Shown here: positions 8,706 to 18,502 of the stretch, in pieces
Layout: each line of letters starts with the position of its first letter
How positions within the stretch are numbered: position 1 is the stretch's first letter
From: Bryobacteraceae bacterium
GTDB lineage: Bacteria > Acidobacteriota > Terriglobia > Bryobacterales > Bryobacteraceae
Direction: 5' to 3'
DNA length: 64,000 nt
Assembly: GCA_965246775.1 (NCBI GenBank)
Contig: CBDFFL010000005.1
Coordinates: 30,947-94,946 of the forward strand
Translations under genes and position numbers: made by a program
The notes under the pieces: generated by a model
Told to the model about the DNA's origin: nothing
Database searches by the model: none
What the model saw: the letters and a program-made list of their open reading frames with translations, nothing else

Positions 8706-11700
8706 TTGGTTCATCCTTCCATTCGCGAACTGTTCGCCCGCCTGGGGCGCGATCCGGCCTTTCAGGATGCGCTGCGGGCGCTGCCTTCCGGCATCAGGCT
8801 CTCGGGCCTTACGCCCACCGCGCGCGCCATGTACTGCGCGCTGCTCTGGCAAGCTACCGAGCGTCCGTTGCTGGTGGTGACGGACGGCAACAAGCAGGCC
8901 GAAACGCTCTTCGACACCATTCAGAGCTTCTTCCCTTTGCTGGTGACGGCTGGCGAAAAGGCACGCCCGCAGCTTCTGCCGGCCATCGATGTAGTGCCGG
9001 GCCAGCCCATCTCGCCGCATGCCGAAATTCTGGAGAGCCGCGCGGTGGCGCTTTGCCGGCTTGCTTCGGAACGCGTGCCGATTACGGTGACGCCGATCGC
9101 TTCGGCGCTGCTGCGCATTGAGAATCCGGAATTTTACCGGCAGCTTTACACCAGGCTGAAGACGGGCGATGAGATTCCGTTGGACGATCTGGTGCAGCAC
9201 CTCGAAAGCGTCGGGTACCAGCGTCGCGACCCCGTGGAGATGGTGGGCGAATATTCCGTGCGGGGCGGCATTCTGGATGTGTTCCCGCCAGAGGCCGATC
9301 AGCCGCTCAGGATTGAGTTGTTCGGCGATGAGATTGAATCCATACGCCGGTTCGAGGTGGAATCGCAGCGATCGGTTCTGAAGCTGAACGAGTGCGCGCT
9401 GCCGCCGCTGACTGAGTTTCAGAAGAGCCGCCCGCTGCTTGCTAAGCTGGCCGATAAGCTTCGTGACGTGGGCATGCCATCGCGCGATTTGCCGCTGGAT
9501 GGGCAGCCGTTTCCCGGTTGGGAAATGCTTTCGCCGCTGGTTCGCCAGAAGCCTTCCACGCTGTTTGCGCTTTGCTTGCCCAAGCCGCTGATTGTTTGGG
9601 ACGAGCCCGATCTGACGCGAGGCGCGGCGGAGAGGCTCTGGAAGCGCTTGCGAGCCGAAGATCGCGCGCATTACTGCCCCCCGGAGCAGGTATTTTTAGA
9701 ATGGGATGAACTTCGTGAGCGCACGCAGCGCGGAGCTGCAGATTGAGATGCGCGAATTGGACCTGGGCACCACCGTCGCGGGCTCAGGCGCCATGTGCAT
9801 CTGCCCACGCGGCCCGCTCCTTCGTTCCACGGCAATATGCCGGCGGCGATTGCGGAAGCCCGAACGCTTGGTGGAGTCCGGCTATCAGGTGGCGTTCTTC
9901 TGCGCCACCATGGGCGAACTGGAACGGGTTGCCGATATCTTTCACGAGTACGCGGTGCCGTACCAACTCGGGCTCGATCAAAATGAGGCGACGCCGGAAT
10001 ATCTGGCGAAGCGGCCGTATCTTGCAGGCACCACCGCGAACATCTACCTGATTCGCGGCAACGTTTTGCGCGGCACCACCTTCACTGAGCGAAAGCTGGT
10101 GATTCTTCGGTTCGGAAGATTTGTTCGATGCCACCGATATGGTGGCGCGGCCCGCTACTGGTAAGGCTCATCTCAGCACCTTCTCCGCCGACCAGTTCGA
10201 TCTGAAGCCCGGCGATTACGTGGTGCATGCCGAGCATGGCGTCGCCAAGTTTATCGGCCTGCGAGAGATTCAGCAGGGTGAAGCCAAGGGCGATTACATG
10301 GTGCTGGAATATTCGGGCGAATCGAAGCTCTATGTGCCGCTCACGCGCATGGATCTGGTGCAGCGCTTTCGCGGCCCGGGTGAAGGCGCTCCGGCGCTGG
10401 ACCGCATGGGCGGAGCGACATGGACGCGCACGAAATCGAAAGTCAAAGCCCGCATGCGCGATATGGCCGAGGAGCTGGTGAAGCTGTACGCTTCGCGGCG
10501 CATGGCGGAAGGCTTTGCTTTTTCGCCGGACAGCAATTGGCAGCGCGAGTTCGAAGACGCGTTCGAGTTCACGGAGACGCGCGATCAGAAATCCGCCATC
10601 AACGATATCCGGCGCGATATGGAAAGCCCGCAGCCCATGGACCGGCTGTTGTGCGGAGATGTGGGTTTCGGCAAGACCGAAGTGGTGATGCGCGCGGCGT
10701 TCAAAGCGTTAGGAGATGGCAAGCAGGTGGCGGTGCTGGCGCCAACCACCGTGCTGGCGTTCCAGCATTTTGAGACCTTCAAGAAGCGCTTTCAATCGTT
10801 CCCAGTTCGCATCGATATGCTTTCGCGATTCCGGAACGCGAAGGAAATTAAGACATCGTTGTCCGATATTGCGGAAGGCAAAGTGGATATCGCCATCGGC
10901 ACGCACCGCATCCTGTCGAAGGACGTGCAGTTCAAAGATCTGGGCCTGATGATCATCGATGAAGAGCAGCGCTTCGGTGTGAAACACAAAGAGCGGCTGA
11001 AGGAAATCAAGACCAGCGTGGACGTGCTGACCATGAGCGCAACGCCCATTCCGCGAACGCTGCACATGTCGCTGTTGGGGCTGCGCGACATGTCGGTGAT
11101 CGAGACTCCGCCGAAAGACCGGCTGGCAATTCAGACGGTGGTGGCGCCGTTTCAGCAGGACTTGATCAAGTCAGCCGTGGAGCTGGAAATACAGCGTGGC
11201 GGGCAAGTGTATTTCGTGCATAACCGCATCGATTCCATCTGGGAGCGGGCCGCGCTGATTCAGCAGCTGTCGCCTGGCGTGCGTGTGGGCGTGGGGCATG
11301 GGCAGATGGGCGAGGCGGCTCTGGAGAAGGTGATGTTCCAGTTCATGCATCACGAGTTCGATGTGTTTGTCTGCACCACTATCGTGGAAAACGGCCTGGA
11401 TATTCCGCTGGCCAACACAATGATTATCGAGAACGCGGAAAAGTATGGGCTCAGTGAGCTGTATCAATTGCGCGGGCGTGTGGGGCGTTCGAACCGGCGC
11501 GCTTATGCGTATCTGTTGGTGCCGCCCGATACGGAGTTAACTGAAATTGCGCGCAAGCGTCTGGCGGCGTTGAAAGAATTCAGCGACTTGGGCGCGGGCT
11601 TCAAGATCGCTGCGCTCGATTTGGAATTGCGCGGCGCCGGTAACTTGTTGGGAGGTGAACAGCACGGGCACATCAACAGCGTGGGCTTCGACATGTACGT

Positions 11701-12196
11701 GCGCATGCTGGACGATGCAGTGCGTGAGATGCGCGGCGAAGAGGTGGCGCCGGAGATCCATTCGTCCCTGAATTTGGGCTTAGATATACGTATTCCGAAC
11801 ACGTATATCAGTGACGATAACCAGCGCTTGCGCGCGTACAAACAGATTGCGGGCGCGGCGAAGCCGGAGGATCGTGAACGGATCGAAAAGGAACTGGCGG
11901 ATCGCTATGGGCCGGTGCCGCACGAGGTTTGCAATCTGCTGGATTATTCGCTGCTGAAGACTTCGGCGGAGAAGCTGGGCATTGAAAATATCGACCGGCG
12001 CCACAATGCGCTGAACATCAAGTTCCACCAGGAAACCAAAGTGGACGCCGCACGCCTGATGCAACTTGTCAGCAGCATGCAAGGCGCTCAGTTCACGCCC
12101 GCGGGTGTGCTGCGGGTGCCCATGGAAGGGTTGCTGGACGCACCCGGTGTGTTGAGCTTTGTGCGTGAACAGTTGCTGGGGCCACTGGAGGGCTAA
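8706..12196 (+). pseudogene. mfd: transcription-repair coupling factor Mfd, reading frame interrupted four times between ~9725 and ~10112
   Basis: The N-terminal UvrB-like module lies in ORF 8706..9746. The conserved sequence then continues in frame +1 (AELQIEMRELDLGTTVAGSGA), back in frame 0 (HVHLPTRPAPSFHGNMPAAIAEARTL) and again in frame +1 (VESGYQVAFFCATMGELERVADIF...KLVIL). It finishes in frame +2 (GSEDLFDATDMVARP...), which is the intact 691-aa ORF 10121..12196. That ORF carries the RNAP-interaction domain and helicase motifs (GDVGFGKTEV, DEEQRFG, QLRGRVGRS). Confidence 0.75.
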
Positions 12197-12208
12197 CGAC
12201 GCAAAGCG

Positions 12209-12720
12209 CTACCGGCAGCCTCCAAGCAGGGGATGCCCAAGATGATTTCGCCGCGCGAGAACGAGTGTATTCTCTTCTGAAAATCGGCGAGTTGTGAGAG
12301 GGGGCAATGAGTTGGCCACAACCGGATTCTTTATGTCACTCAGATCAGGCATTCCTTGCCGCTGGCTCGCTGGTATGGATGGCGTGGCGCTTTTCACGCG
12401 TAAGGTGGGACAAGTCACCCTCCCTGGGGCCGGAAACCGTCAAAGGGATGCTCAATTTATCGTTGACAGGCAATGGGTAGCGCTGCCTATTATTCGACAG
12501 CAATCGACCGACGAACCTCTTGCGGTGTTTAGCCGCCGAAACGTTTTCTTCCAGAACTCGAAGTTCCTTGAACCCCTTCTGAAGCTCAAACGCAACCCCA
12601 TACCGATACGTTGTAGTCTCCAGCTCGACTTCGATCTCGAATCTCATGGGCACATCGGAACGTCCACGGGACAGATCCTTGGGCCGCACAAGCGCGTCCA
12701 CCCGATCCATTTTTTCCAAC
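12209..12720 (-). pseudogene. collapsed remnant of an AAA_21/AAA_15-type ATPase gene
   Basis: Part of minus ORF 12345..12992 reads MRFEIEVELETTTYRYGVAFELQKGFKELRVLEE, a pattern I recognise from the segment just after the Walker A region of AAA_21-type ATPases. No Walker A or B motif is present, the length is about 0.5 kb versus the ~1.2 kb expected, and the tail continues in another frame (ORF 12209..12418). Confidence 0.3.
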
Positions 12721-12837
12721 CAAAAGCACGGAAGGCAGACCGGAAATCGGCAGCTTGAAATTTTCGCCTTGCGCGGCTGCCACCATGCGAAGGCCGATGT
12801 TGGTTGCCGCGGGGCAAAGTCAGAGATAATAGCAGGT

Positions 12838-14040
12838 ATGCTTTCGAAGTATTGGCTAGGCAGCGCCACGTTTGCCCTCACCTCACTAATGTCGTTCGCG
12901 GCCGAAGCACCCAAGATCCGCGTCATTGAAGAGATTGTCGCCAAGGTCAACAATGACATCATCACGCGCGGCGAACTGGAGCGCACTCGCACGCAGCTGG
13001 AAGCGGAGCTGAAACAACAAAAGAACCTTGGCGGTGAACCCCTGGCCGTGCAGTTGAAGAAGCATGAAGCGGATGCCCTGCGCGATCAGATAGATCAGCT
13101 ACTGCTGGTGCAGCGCGCCAAAGATTTGAGCATCAATGTGGACCCCGATGTGACGCGCCGCATCGCTGAAATTCAAGTGGAGAGTAAGATTTCAGATCCC
13201 GATAAGTTTCACGAATGGGTCAGGCAGCAATCCGGTGGACAGAGTTTTGAAGATGTAAAGCAGCAGATGAAAAACCAGATCTCCACGCAGCGTGTGATCG
13301 GTCAGGAAGTGGGCTCAAAAATTTCGGTGCCGCAAGCCGAGATACAGAAATACTATGACGAACACAAGTCTGAGTTTGTCCGCGAAGAGATGGTGTTTCT
13401 ACGTGAGATTCTGATCGCGCCCACGGATAAGACGCCAGTGGGATGGGCCGCGGCTGAAAAGAAGGCCAAAGACATTCAAGCCCGCGCGCGAAAGGGTGAA
13501 AAATTTTCGCAGCTCGCGCGCGATTACTCCGCTGCCGAAAGCGCCAAGAGCGAAGGCGAATTGGGTTCGTTTAAGAAGGGCCAGCTGCGGAAAGAGATTG
13601 AAGATGTGGTCTTCAAACAAAACAAGGGCTACGTAACGGATCTGGTGAAGACCGATAATGGCTTCGTTTTTCTGAAAGTGGAAGAGCGTTACGCGCCCGG
13701 CCAGGCCGCCTTGGAAGACGTGAAGAACGAAGTAATGGAGCGCCTCTACACGCCTCGCATGCAGCCGGCGTTGCGCGCTTACTTGACCAAGCTGCGCGAA
13801 GATGCCTTTCTGGAAATTCGCGGCGGCTATGTCGATTCGGGCGCTGCCCCCGGAAAGGATACTTCCTGGAAAGATCCGGCCACGCTGAAGCCTGAGACCA
13901 CCACCAAAGAAGAAGTTGCTTCACGCAAACGTAAACGGCTTCTGGGCATTGTGCCGCGCGGTTCCAGCAAGATCAATAACAAGCTCCCGCCGCCCACTCC
14001 TACAGTTACTCCCGTGCCTCCCGCGCCGCAGCCGCAATGA
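12838..14040 (+). CDS. SurA-like periplasmic peptidyl-prolyl isomerase/chaperone
   Basis: ORF 12646..14040. The ATG at 12838 gives the signal-like MLSKYWLGSATFALTSLMSFAAEA. A SurA_N-like segment (IVAKVNNDIITRGELER) is followed by a parvulin/PpiC domain (FSQLARDYSAAESAKSEGELGSFKKGQL...GFVFLKVEER). Confidence 0.8.
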   Translation: MLSKYWLGSATFALTSLMSFAAEAPKIRVIEEIVAKVNNDIITRGELERTRTQLEAELKQQKNLGGEPLAVQLKKHEADALRDQIDQLLLVQRAKDLSINVDPDVTRRIAEIQVESKISDPDKFHEWVRQQSGGQSFEDVKQQMKNQISTQRVIGQEVGSKISVPQAEIQKYYDEHKSEFVREEMVFLREILIAPTDKTPVGWAAAEKKAKDIQARARKGEKFSQLARDYSAAESAKSEGELGSFKKGQLRKEIEDVVFKQNKGYVTDLVKTDNGFVFLKVEERYAPGQAALEDVKNEVMERLYTPRMQPALRAYLTKLREDAFLEIRGGYVDSGAAPGKDTSWKDPATLKPETTTKEEVASRKRKRLLGIVPRGSSKINNKLPPPTPTVTPVPPAPQPQ

Positions 14041-15140
14041 AGTCGCCCTTCGTCAATGAGCTTGCTCTCAATCAGCCCGTTACGGCCTGTTTCTTAGTTC
14101 ATTCGAAAGAGATCAGGGAAAAGAAAACCGGCGAGCCATACCTTTCGCTGATGCTGGGCGATAAGACCGGCAAGATCGATGCAAAGATGTGGGACAACGT
14201 CGCCGAAGTGCTGGAAGCCTTCGAACGCGACAGCTTCATCAAGGTGAAAGGTTCCGTGCAGTTGCACATGAACCGCCCGCAGCTTACCATCCACAAGCTG
14301 CGGCTGATGCCCGATCATGAGGTGGATTTTGCAGACTACTTCCCGGCCACTCTACGCAACGTGGAGGAGATGTGGACGGAACTGCGCGGCATTGTGTCGC
14401 GCGTGAAGAACACCGGCATCAAGGCTCTGCTGGACGCGCTTTTAGATGACCCGGAAATCGCGCGGCGCTACCGGCAGGCGCCCGCCGCCAAGACCATCCA
14501 TCACGCCTTCCTGGGCGGCTTGCTGGAGCACGTGCTCTCGCTGGCGAACCTGTGCCTTGTCACCGCGCGGCATTACCCCTTCATCGATCCGGACCTGATG
14601 GTTGCGGGCGCCGTGCTTCATGACATCGGGAAGATTCACGAACTCAGTTACGATCGCGGCTTCTCTTACACAACGCAGGGCCAGCTCCTGGGACACATGA
14701 TGATCGCTCTTCGCATGATAGGAGATAAGATCGCCGGGCTGCCCAATTTTCCGGAACCGCTGCGCACGCTGCTGGAACACATGGTCATCAGCCATCACGG
14801 CCATCTGGAATTCGGTTCCCCCAAGCTGCCGCAATTTCCGGAAGCGCTGCTGCTGCATCACCTGGACGATATGGATTCCAAGATGGAGTGCATGCGGCAG
14901 TTGATTGACGGGGACCGCCAGGTGGATGGCTGCTTCACCGGTTATAACTCTACTCTGGAACGCGTGGTACTGAAGAAGGCGCGCTATCTGGAGCCGGAGG
15001 CTAAACCGTCAGAGCCAGAGCCACAGCACGTGCCGCCCATTCCAGCGCCCGCTCACCAACAGACACTCCCGCTTGCCGCGTCACCCTTCGCCGCGGCACT
15101 TCAAACGGCCCTTTCGGGCGCGGTAGCCAGACCCGATTGA
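14037..15140 (+). CDS. OB-fold + HD-domain protein (YhaM-like 3'-5' exoribonuclease family)
   Basis: N-terminal OB-fold (FLVHSKEIREKKTGEPYLSLMLGDKTGKIDAKMWDN) and HD domain (HHAFLGGLLEHVLSL...VLHDIGK). The start overlaps the surA-like stop (ATGA). Confidence 0.75.
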   Translation: MKSPFVNELALNQPVTACFLVHSKEIREKKTGEPYLSLMLGDKTGKIDAKMWDNVAEVLEAFERDSFIKVKGSVQLHMNRPQLTIHKLRLMPDHEVDFADYFPATLRNVEEMWTELRGIVSRVKNTGIKALLDALLDDPEIARRYRQAPAAKTIHHAFLGGLLEHVLSLANLCLVTARHYPFIDPDLMVAGAVLHDIGKIHELSYDRGFSYTTQGQLLGHMMIALRMIGDKIAGLPNFPEPLRTLLEHMVISHHGHLEFGSPKLPQFPEALLLHHLDDMDSKMECMRQLIDGDRQVDGCFTGYNSTLERVVLKKARYLEPEAKPSEPEPQHVPPIPAPAHQQTLPLAASPFAAALQTALSGAVARPD

Positions 15141-16162
15141 CTCGCATCCTGATCCGCGCCACAAATTGGATTGGCGATGCGGTGATGTCGCTGCCGGCCA
15201 TCCGCGCTTTGCACCGGCAACACCCGGAAGCGGAGCTCACTGTGCTGGCGCGCCCTTGGGTGGCAGGTTTGTATGCGCGCGAAACTTCCATCGCCCGCCT
15301 GATCCCTTACACGCCACGTGCGGGACGGCGTGACCTGGGCGCCAAGTGGCGCGCCGCACAGGCCCTTCGACGCGAGCGTTTCGATTGCGCCATCCTGCTG
15401 CAAAACGCGTTCGAAGCGGCTGCCGTCACGCGGCTCGCCGGTATTCCGCGCATTGTCGGTTACAACCGCGATGGCCGTGGATGGCTATTGACCCATGCCG
15501 TGGCCGTTCCCAAGCCCGGCGAGTTGCCGCGTCATGAACGCTTCTATTACCTGGAACTCCTGCGACGCGCGGGGATGATCGATCGGCTGCCTGAAGATGC
15601 GCCCATCAGGCTGCAGGGTATGGCTGCCGCGGCGCAAAGCGGGCGCGCGCATTTGGCCGCGCTGGGCATTGCCTTGCCTGTCATCGGCGTAAGCCCCGGC
15701 GCTGCTTACGGCAATGCGAAACGTTGGCTCCCGGAGCGCTTTGCTGAATCCGCGCGCGCCATTGCCGGGCCCCTGGAAGCTTCTGTTCTGGTGTTCGGAT
15801 CGGAAGCGGAGCGGCCCCTGTGCGAAGCCGTCGCCGCGCAGGTGGGCGGCCACAATCTCGCGGGCAAAACGTCGCTGCCCGAGTTCATCGATATGACCGC
15901 GGCCTGTGCCCTCTTCCTGACCAACGATTCCGGCGCCATGCATATCGCCTCCGCCGCGGGCATCCCAACGGTCACCGTCTTCGGGTCGACGGATGACACC
16001 ACTACCGGCCCCACGGGGGACCGCGCCCGCATTGTCCGCCACCACGTGGAGTGCAGCCCCTGCCTGTTGCGCGAATGCCCCATCGATCATCGCTGCATGA
16101 CCGGAGTCGGCACGGATCGCGTGGTGGGCGAAGCGTTATCTTTACTGGCCGGTGTTCACTAA
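15137..16162 (+). CDS. waaF: ADP-heptose:LPS heptosyltransferase II (GT9)
   Basis: ILIRATNWIGDAVMSLPAIRAL, GVSPGAAYGNAKRWLPERF and NDSGAMHIASAAGIPTVTVFGSTD are classic GT9 / WaaF-like motifs. The TTG start overlaps the upstream stop. Confidence 0.85.
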   Translation: MTRILIRATNWIGDAVMSLPAIRALHRQHPEAELTVLARPWVAGLYARETSIARLIPYTPRAGRRDLGAKWRAAQALRRERFDCAILLQNAFEAAAVTRLAGIPRIVGYNRDGRGWLLTHAVAVPKPGELPRHERFYYLELLRRAGMIDRLPEDAPIRLQGMAAAAQSGRAHLAALGIALPVIGVSPGAAYGNAKRWLPERFAESARAIAGPLEASVLVFGSEAERPLCEAVAAQVGGHNLAGKTSLPEFIDMTAACALFLTNDSGAMHIASAAGIPTVTVFGSTDDTTTGPTGDRARIVRHHVECSPCLLRECPIDHRCMTGVGTDRVVGEALSLLAGVH

Positions 16163-16163
16163 A

Positions 16164-16532
16164 ATGGACACTCGCGCGAAAATTGTCAGCCTGGGAGAAG
16201 CCGCCAGGCGCGCCTCCGGCACCGGCGCCACCGTTCTCTATTCCCACTTCGATGTACTCACCGCCGAACGCGTTCGCCTGGTAAGAGCGCTCGCTCAGGA
16301 GGCGGGCATGCTGATCGCGGTGACATCGGAAGTGCCCGGCTCATTGCTTCCCGTGCAGGCGAGAGCGGAACTGGCAGCCGCGCTGGCGATGGTGGATTTC
16401 GTCGTCATCGCTGAAGCGCCTGTTACCTGCTTTCCGGGTGCCCGATTCGTGGACGATCGCGAAACGGACGCCGCCCGCACCGCGAGCCTGATAGCTCACA
16501 TTCAGCAGAGGAATCAGGGGTCCGGTGAGTAA
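16164..16532 (+). CDS. cytidylyltransferase-like protein lacking the HxGH motif (degenerate RfaE-domain-II paralogue)
   Basis: 122 aa. It aligns by eye with the rfaE2 product at 8229..8699: KIVSL..A.....G.TV., then SHFDVLTAERVRLV in place of GCYDLLHPGHIRLL, LIAV.. in place of LILALNTD, and ARAELAAALAMVDFVVI in place of ERAEIACSLAAVDAVTL. Confidence 0.55.
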   Translation: MDTRAKIVSLGEAARRASGTGATVLYSHFDVLTAERVRLVRALAQEAGMLIAVTSEVPGSLLPVQARAELAAALAMVDFVVIAEAPVTCFPGARFVDDRETDAARTASLIAHIQQRNQGSGE

Positions 16533-17532
16533 GCCGCCGGTGAAGCAGGTGGAAAATATTCTGGTGGTGCGCTTGGGCGCAATGGGTGACGTGCTGCACG
16601 CCCTGCCCGCCGCAGCTTCGCTGAAACATAACTTTCCCGCCTGCTGCCTTACCTGGATTGTGGACGCGCCATGGGCACCGCTGCTGGCGGATAACCCGTT
16701 TGTCGATCGGGTGATCTGTGTCGATCGCAAACATCCGCGAACCTGGTGGCATACGCGCCGCGCGCTGCACCAACACCGCTATTCCCTGGCGGTAGATTTT
16801 CAGGGGCTGTTCAAATCGGCCATGGTGGCCACGCTTGCCAGGCCGGAACGAATTATCGGTTTCAGCCGCTCTGAAGTGCGTGAACGCGTTGCCGCTTTCT
16901 TCTATTCGCAAGCCGTGCAAGCGGGCTTGGCGCATGCGGTGGACCGCAATCTGGCATTGGCGCAAGCGGCGGGCGCGGTAAGCCTGCTTAGGCAATTTCC
17001 GCTTCCCGCGGGCGCTCCGGAAGGAGATCTACCGCGCGATGGCTTCATTCTGGCCAGCCCATTTGCCGGCTGGGTGAGCAAGCAATGGCCGCTGGAACAT
17101 TACGCTGCGTTGGCCGCAATGGTGCGCCGCGAACTCGGCCTGCCTCTGGTGGTGAATGGCCCTCCTTCCTCGTTCGCCATTCTGCAATCCATCCCCGGCG
17201 CCATCGTTCATGTGAGCGGAATGGATGGCCTCATCGATGCCACGCGCCGCGCGACCGCGATCATCGGTGTCGATTCCGGCCCCATGCATCTGGCCGCCGC
17301 TCTGAACAAACCAGGCATCGCCATCTTTGGCCCCACCGACCCCGTCCGCAACGGTCCTTATGGCGGCAGTCTGCAGGTGTTAACGCATCCAATCGCTGTC
17401 CCCAAAATGCGGCGTGCCGGTAGCCGCAGCGGCGCCTATGTTCGTGGAGCGGAGATTGACCCGGCGATGTGGGCCATTACTCCTGAAGCCGCCCTAGCCA
17501 CTTTGAAACCGCAAGTTGCATGCCTGGCGTGA
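16525..17532 (+). CDS. waaC: glycosyltransferase family 9 (heptosyltransferase I-like)
   Basis: ILVVRLGAMGDVLHALPAAASLK, SPFAGWVSKQWPLEHY and GVDSGPMHLAAALNKPGIAIFGPTDP are GT9 motifs. The GTG start overlaps the upstream gene by 8 nt. Confidence 0.8.
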   Translation: MSKPPVKQVENILVVRLGAMGDVLHALPAAASLKHNFPACCLTWIVDAPWAPLLADNPFVDRVICVDRKHPRTWWHTRRALHQHRYSLAVDFQGLFKSAMVATLARPERIIGFSRSEVRERVAAFFYSQAVQAGLAHAVDRNLALAQAAGAVSLLRQFPLPAGAPEGDLPRDGFILASPFAGWVSKQWPLEHYAALAAMVRRELGLPLVVNGPPSSFAILQSIPGAIVHVSGMDGLIDATRRATAIIGVDSGPMHLAAALNKPGIAIFGPTDPVRNGPYGGSLQVLTHPIAVPKMRRAGSRSGAYVRGAEIDPAMWAITPEAALATLKPQVACLA

Positions 17533-18074
17533 CGTTTCCGAAAGCATACGCCGACCGGGCAGCCAAGGTGCGAGTCTCCGCCGGATTCGTGATGGTGGCC
17601 GCGTTTGCGTGGTTTTCGCAGCCGGCATGGCGGTCACTCGCGATAGGGCTGCCGGTCGCGTTTTTCGGCTTGGCCCTGCGCGCGTGGGCTGCGGGAAATC
17701 TGGCGAAAGATCGCACGCTGGCCTCGGAAGGCCCGTATTCGCTGGTGCGCAATCCACTCTATGTGGGAACGCTGATCTCCGCCGCCGGGTTCGCCATCGC
17801 ATCCGCCAGTTGGGCGCTGGCGGGCGTGTTCGGCGTCGTGTTTCTTTTGATCTATCTACCGGTCATCACGCTGGAGGAGCAACACCTTCGCGACATTTTC
17901 CCCCAGTTTCCGGCGTATGCGGCGCGCGTGCCAAAGCTTGTACCGCGCTTCGTGTTTACGCCGTCCACGCGGCGCTTTCATTTCGCGCTTTATAAGAAGA
18001 ATCGGGAGTACGAAGCGGGCTTGGGATTTCTTGCGGGGGCGGCGTTGTTGCTGTTCAAAAGCCTCTCGGCTTAA
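17520..18074 (+). CDS. ICMT/PEMT-like membrane methyltransferase family protein
   Basis: 184 aa and multi-TM. GPYSLVRNPLYVGTLI and EEQHLRDIFPQFPAYAARVP match isoprenylcysteine carboxyl / phospholipid methyltransferase-like proteins. Confidence 0.7.
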   Translation: MPGVTFPKAYADRAAKVRVSAGFVMVAAFAWFSQPAWRSLAIGLPVAFFGLALRAWAAGNLAKDRTLASEGPYSLVRNPLYVGTLISAAGFAIASASWALAGVFGVVFLLIYLPVITLEEQHLRDIFPQFPAYAARVPKLVPRFVFTPSTRRFHFALYKKNREYEAGLGFLAGAALLLFKSLSA

Positions 18075-18496
18075 GCGCGCGTATCGAAGTGATCGAGCGC
18101 TTTAGGGGGCGGACCCTGCAATACTTCCTGCACCAGGTCCAGCAGCCCTTCAATCACAAACGGCTTCTTCATAAGCTGCCACCCCTTGTTGAGAAACAGC
18201 AGGGGACCATCGGCATAGCCGGACATGAAGGTAACTCGAATTCCCGGCCGCACCTCGGTAAGTTTCGCGGCCAGCTCTATACCAGTCATGCCCGGCATGG
18301 TGACATCGGAAAGTAATAGATCGATATCGCCATCGTGATTCGATTCCAACCGAAGAGCTTCCAGCGGCCCTTCCGCCCTTAACACCGCGTAGCCTTGGTT
18401 CTCCAGAACCGACGCCACCAGTTTCAACACCATGGCGTCGTCATCCACCACCAGGATGGTTTTCCGCATCGCGCAATTGGCCGCCGCTGGCGTCAT
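18071..18496 (-). CDS. single-domain response regulator (CheY-like receiver)
   Basis: ILVVDDDAMV..., phospho-acceptor context LLLSDVTMPGMTG, FMSGY and KKPF: the full receiver signature. Confidence 0.85.
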   Translation of the reverse strand: MTPAAANCAMRKTILVVDDDAMVLKLVASVLENQGYAVLRAEGPLEALRLESNHDGDIDLLLSDVTMPGMTGIELAAKLTEVRPGIRVTFMSGYADGPLLFLNKGWQLMKKPFVIEGLLDLVQEVLQGPPPKALDHFDTRA

Positions 18497-18502
18497 GGAT
18501 TT

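Noticed and set aside
8481-9671. 396-aa minus-strand ORF opposite rfaE2/mfd, and similar long antisense ORFs (29559..30950, 31845..32780, 38386..39333, 45201..46484, 50300..51307, 41947..42477, 43809..44402)
   Set aside because: All lie antisense to genes with strong family signatures and have biased, motif-free translations. They are artefacts of high GC content.
12646-12837. Upstream extension of the SurA-like ORF, and plus ORF 12294..12758
   Set aside because: They have basic, low-complexity translations with no signal peptide. The ATG at 12838 gives a proper signal sequence. The region is better explained by the minus-strand ATPase relic.
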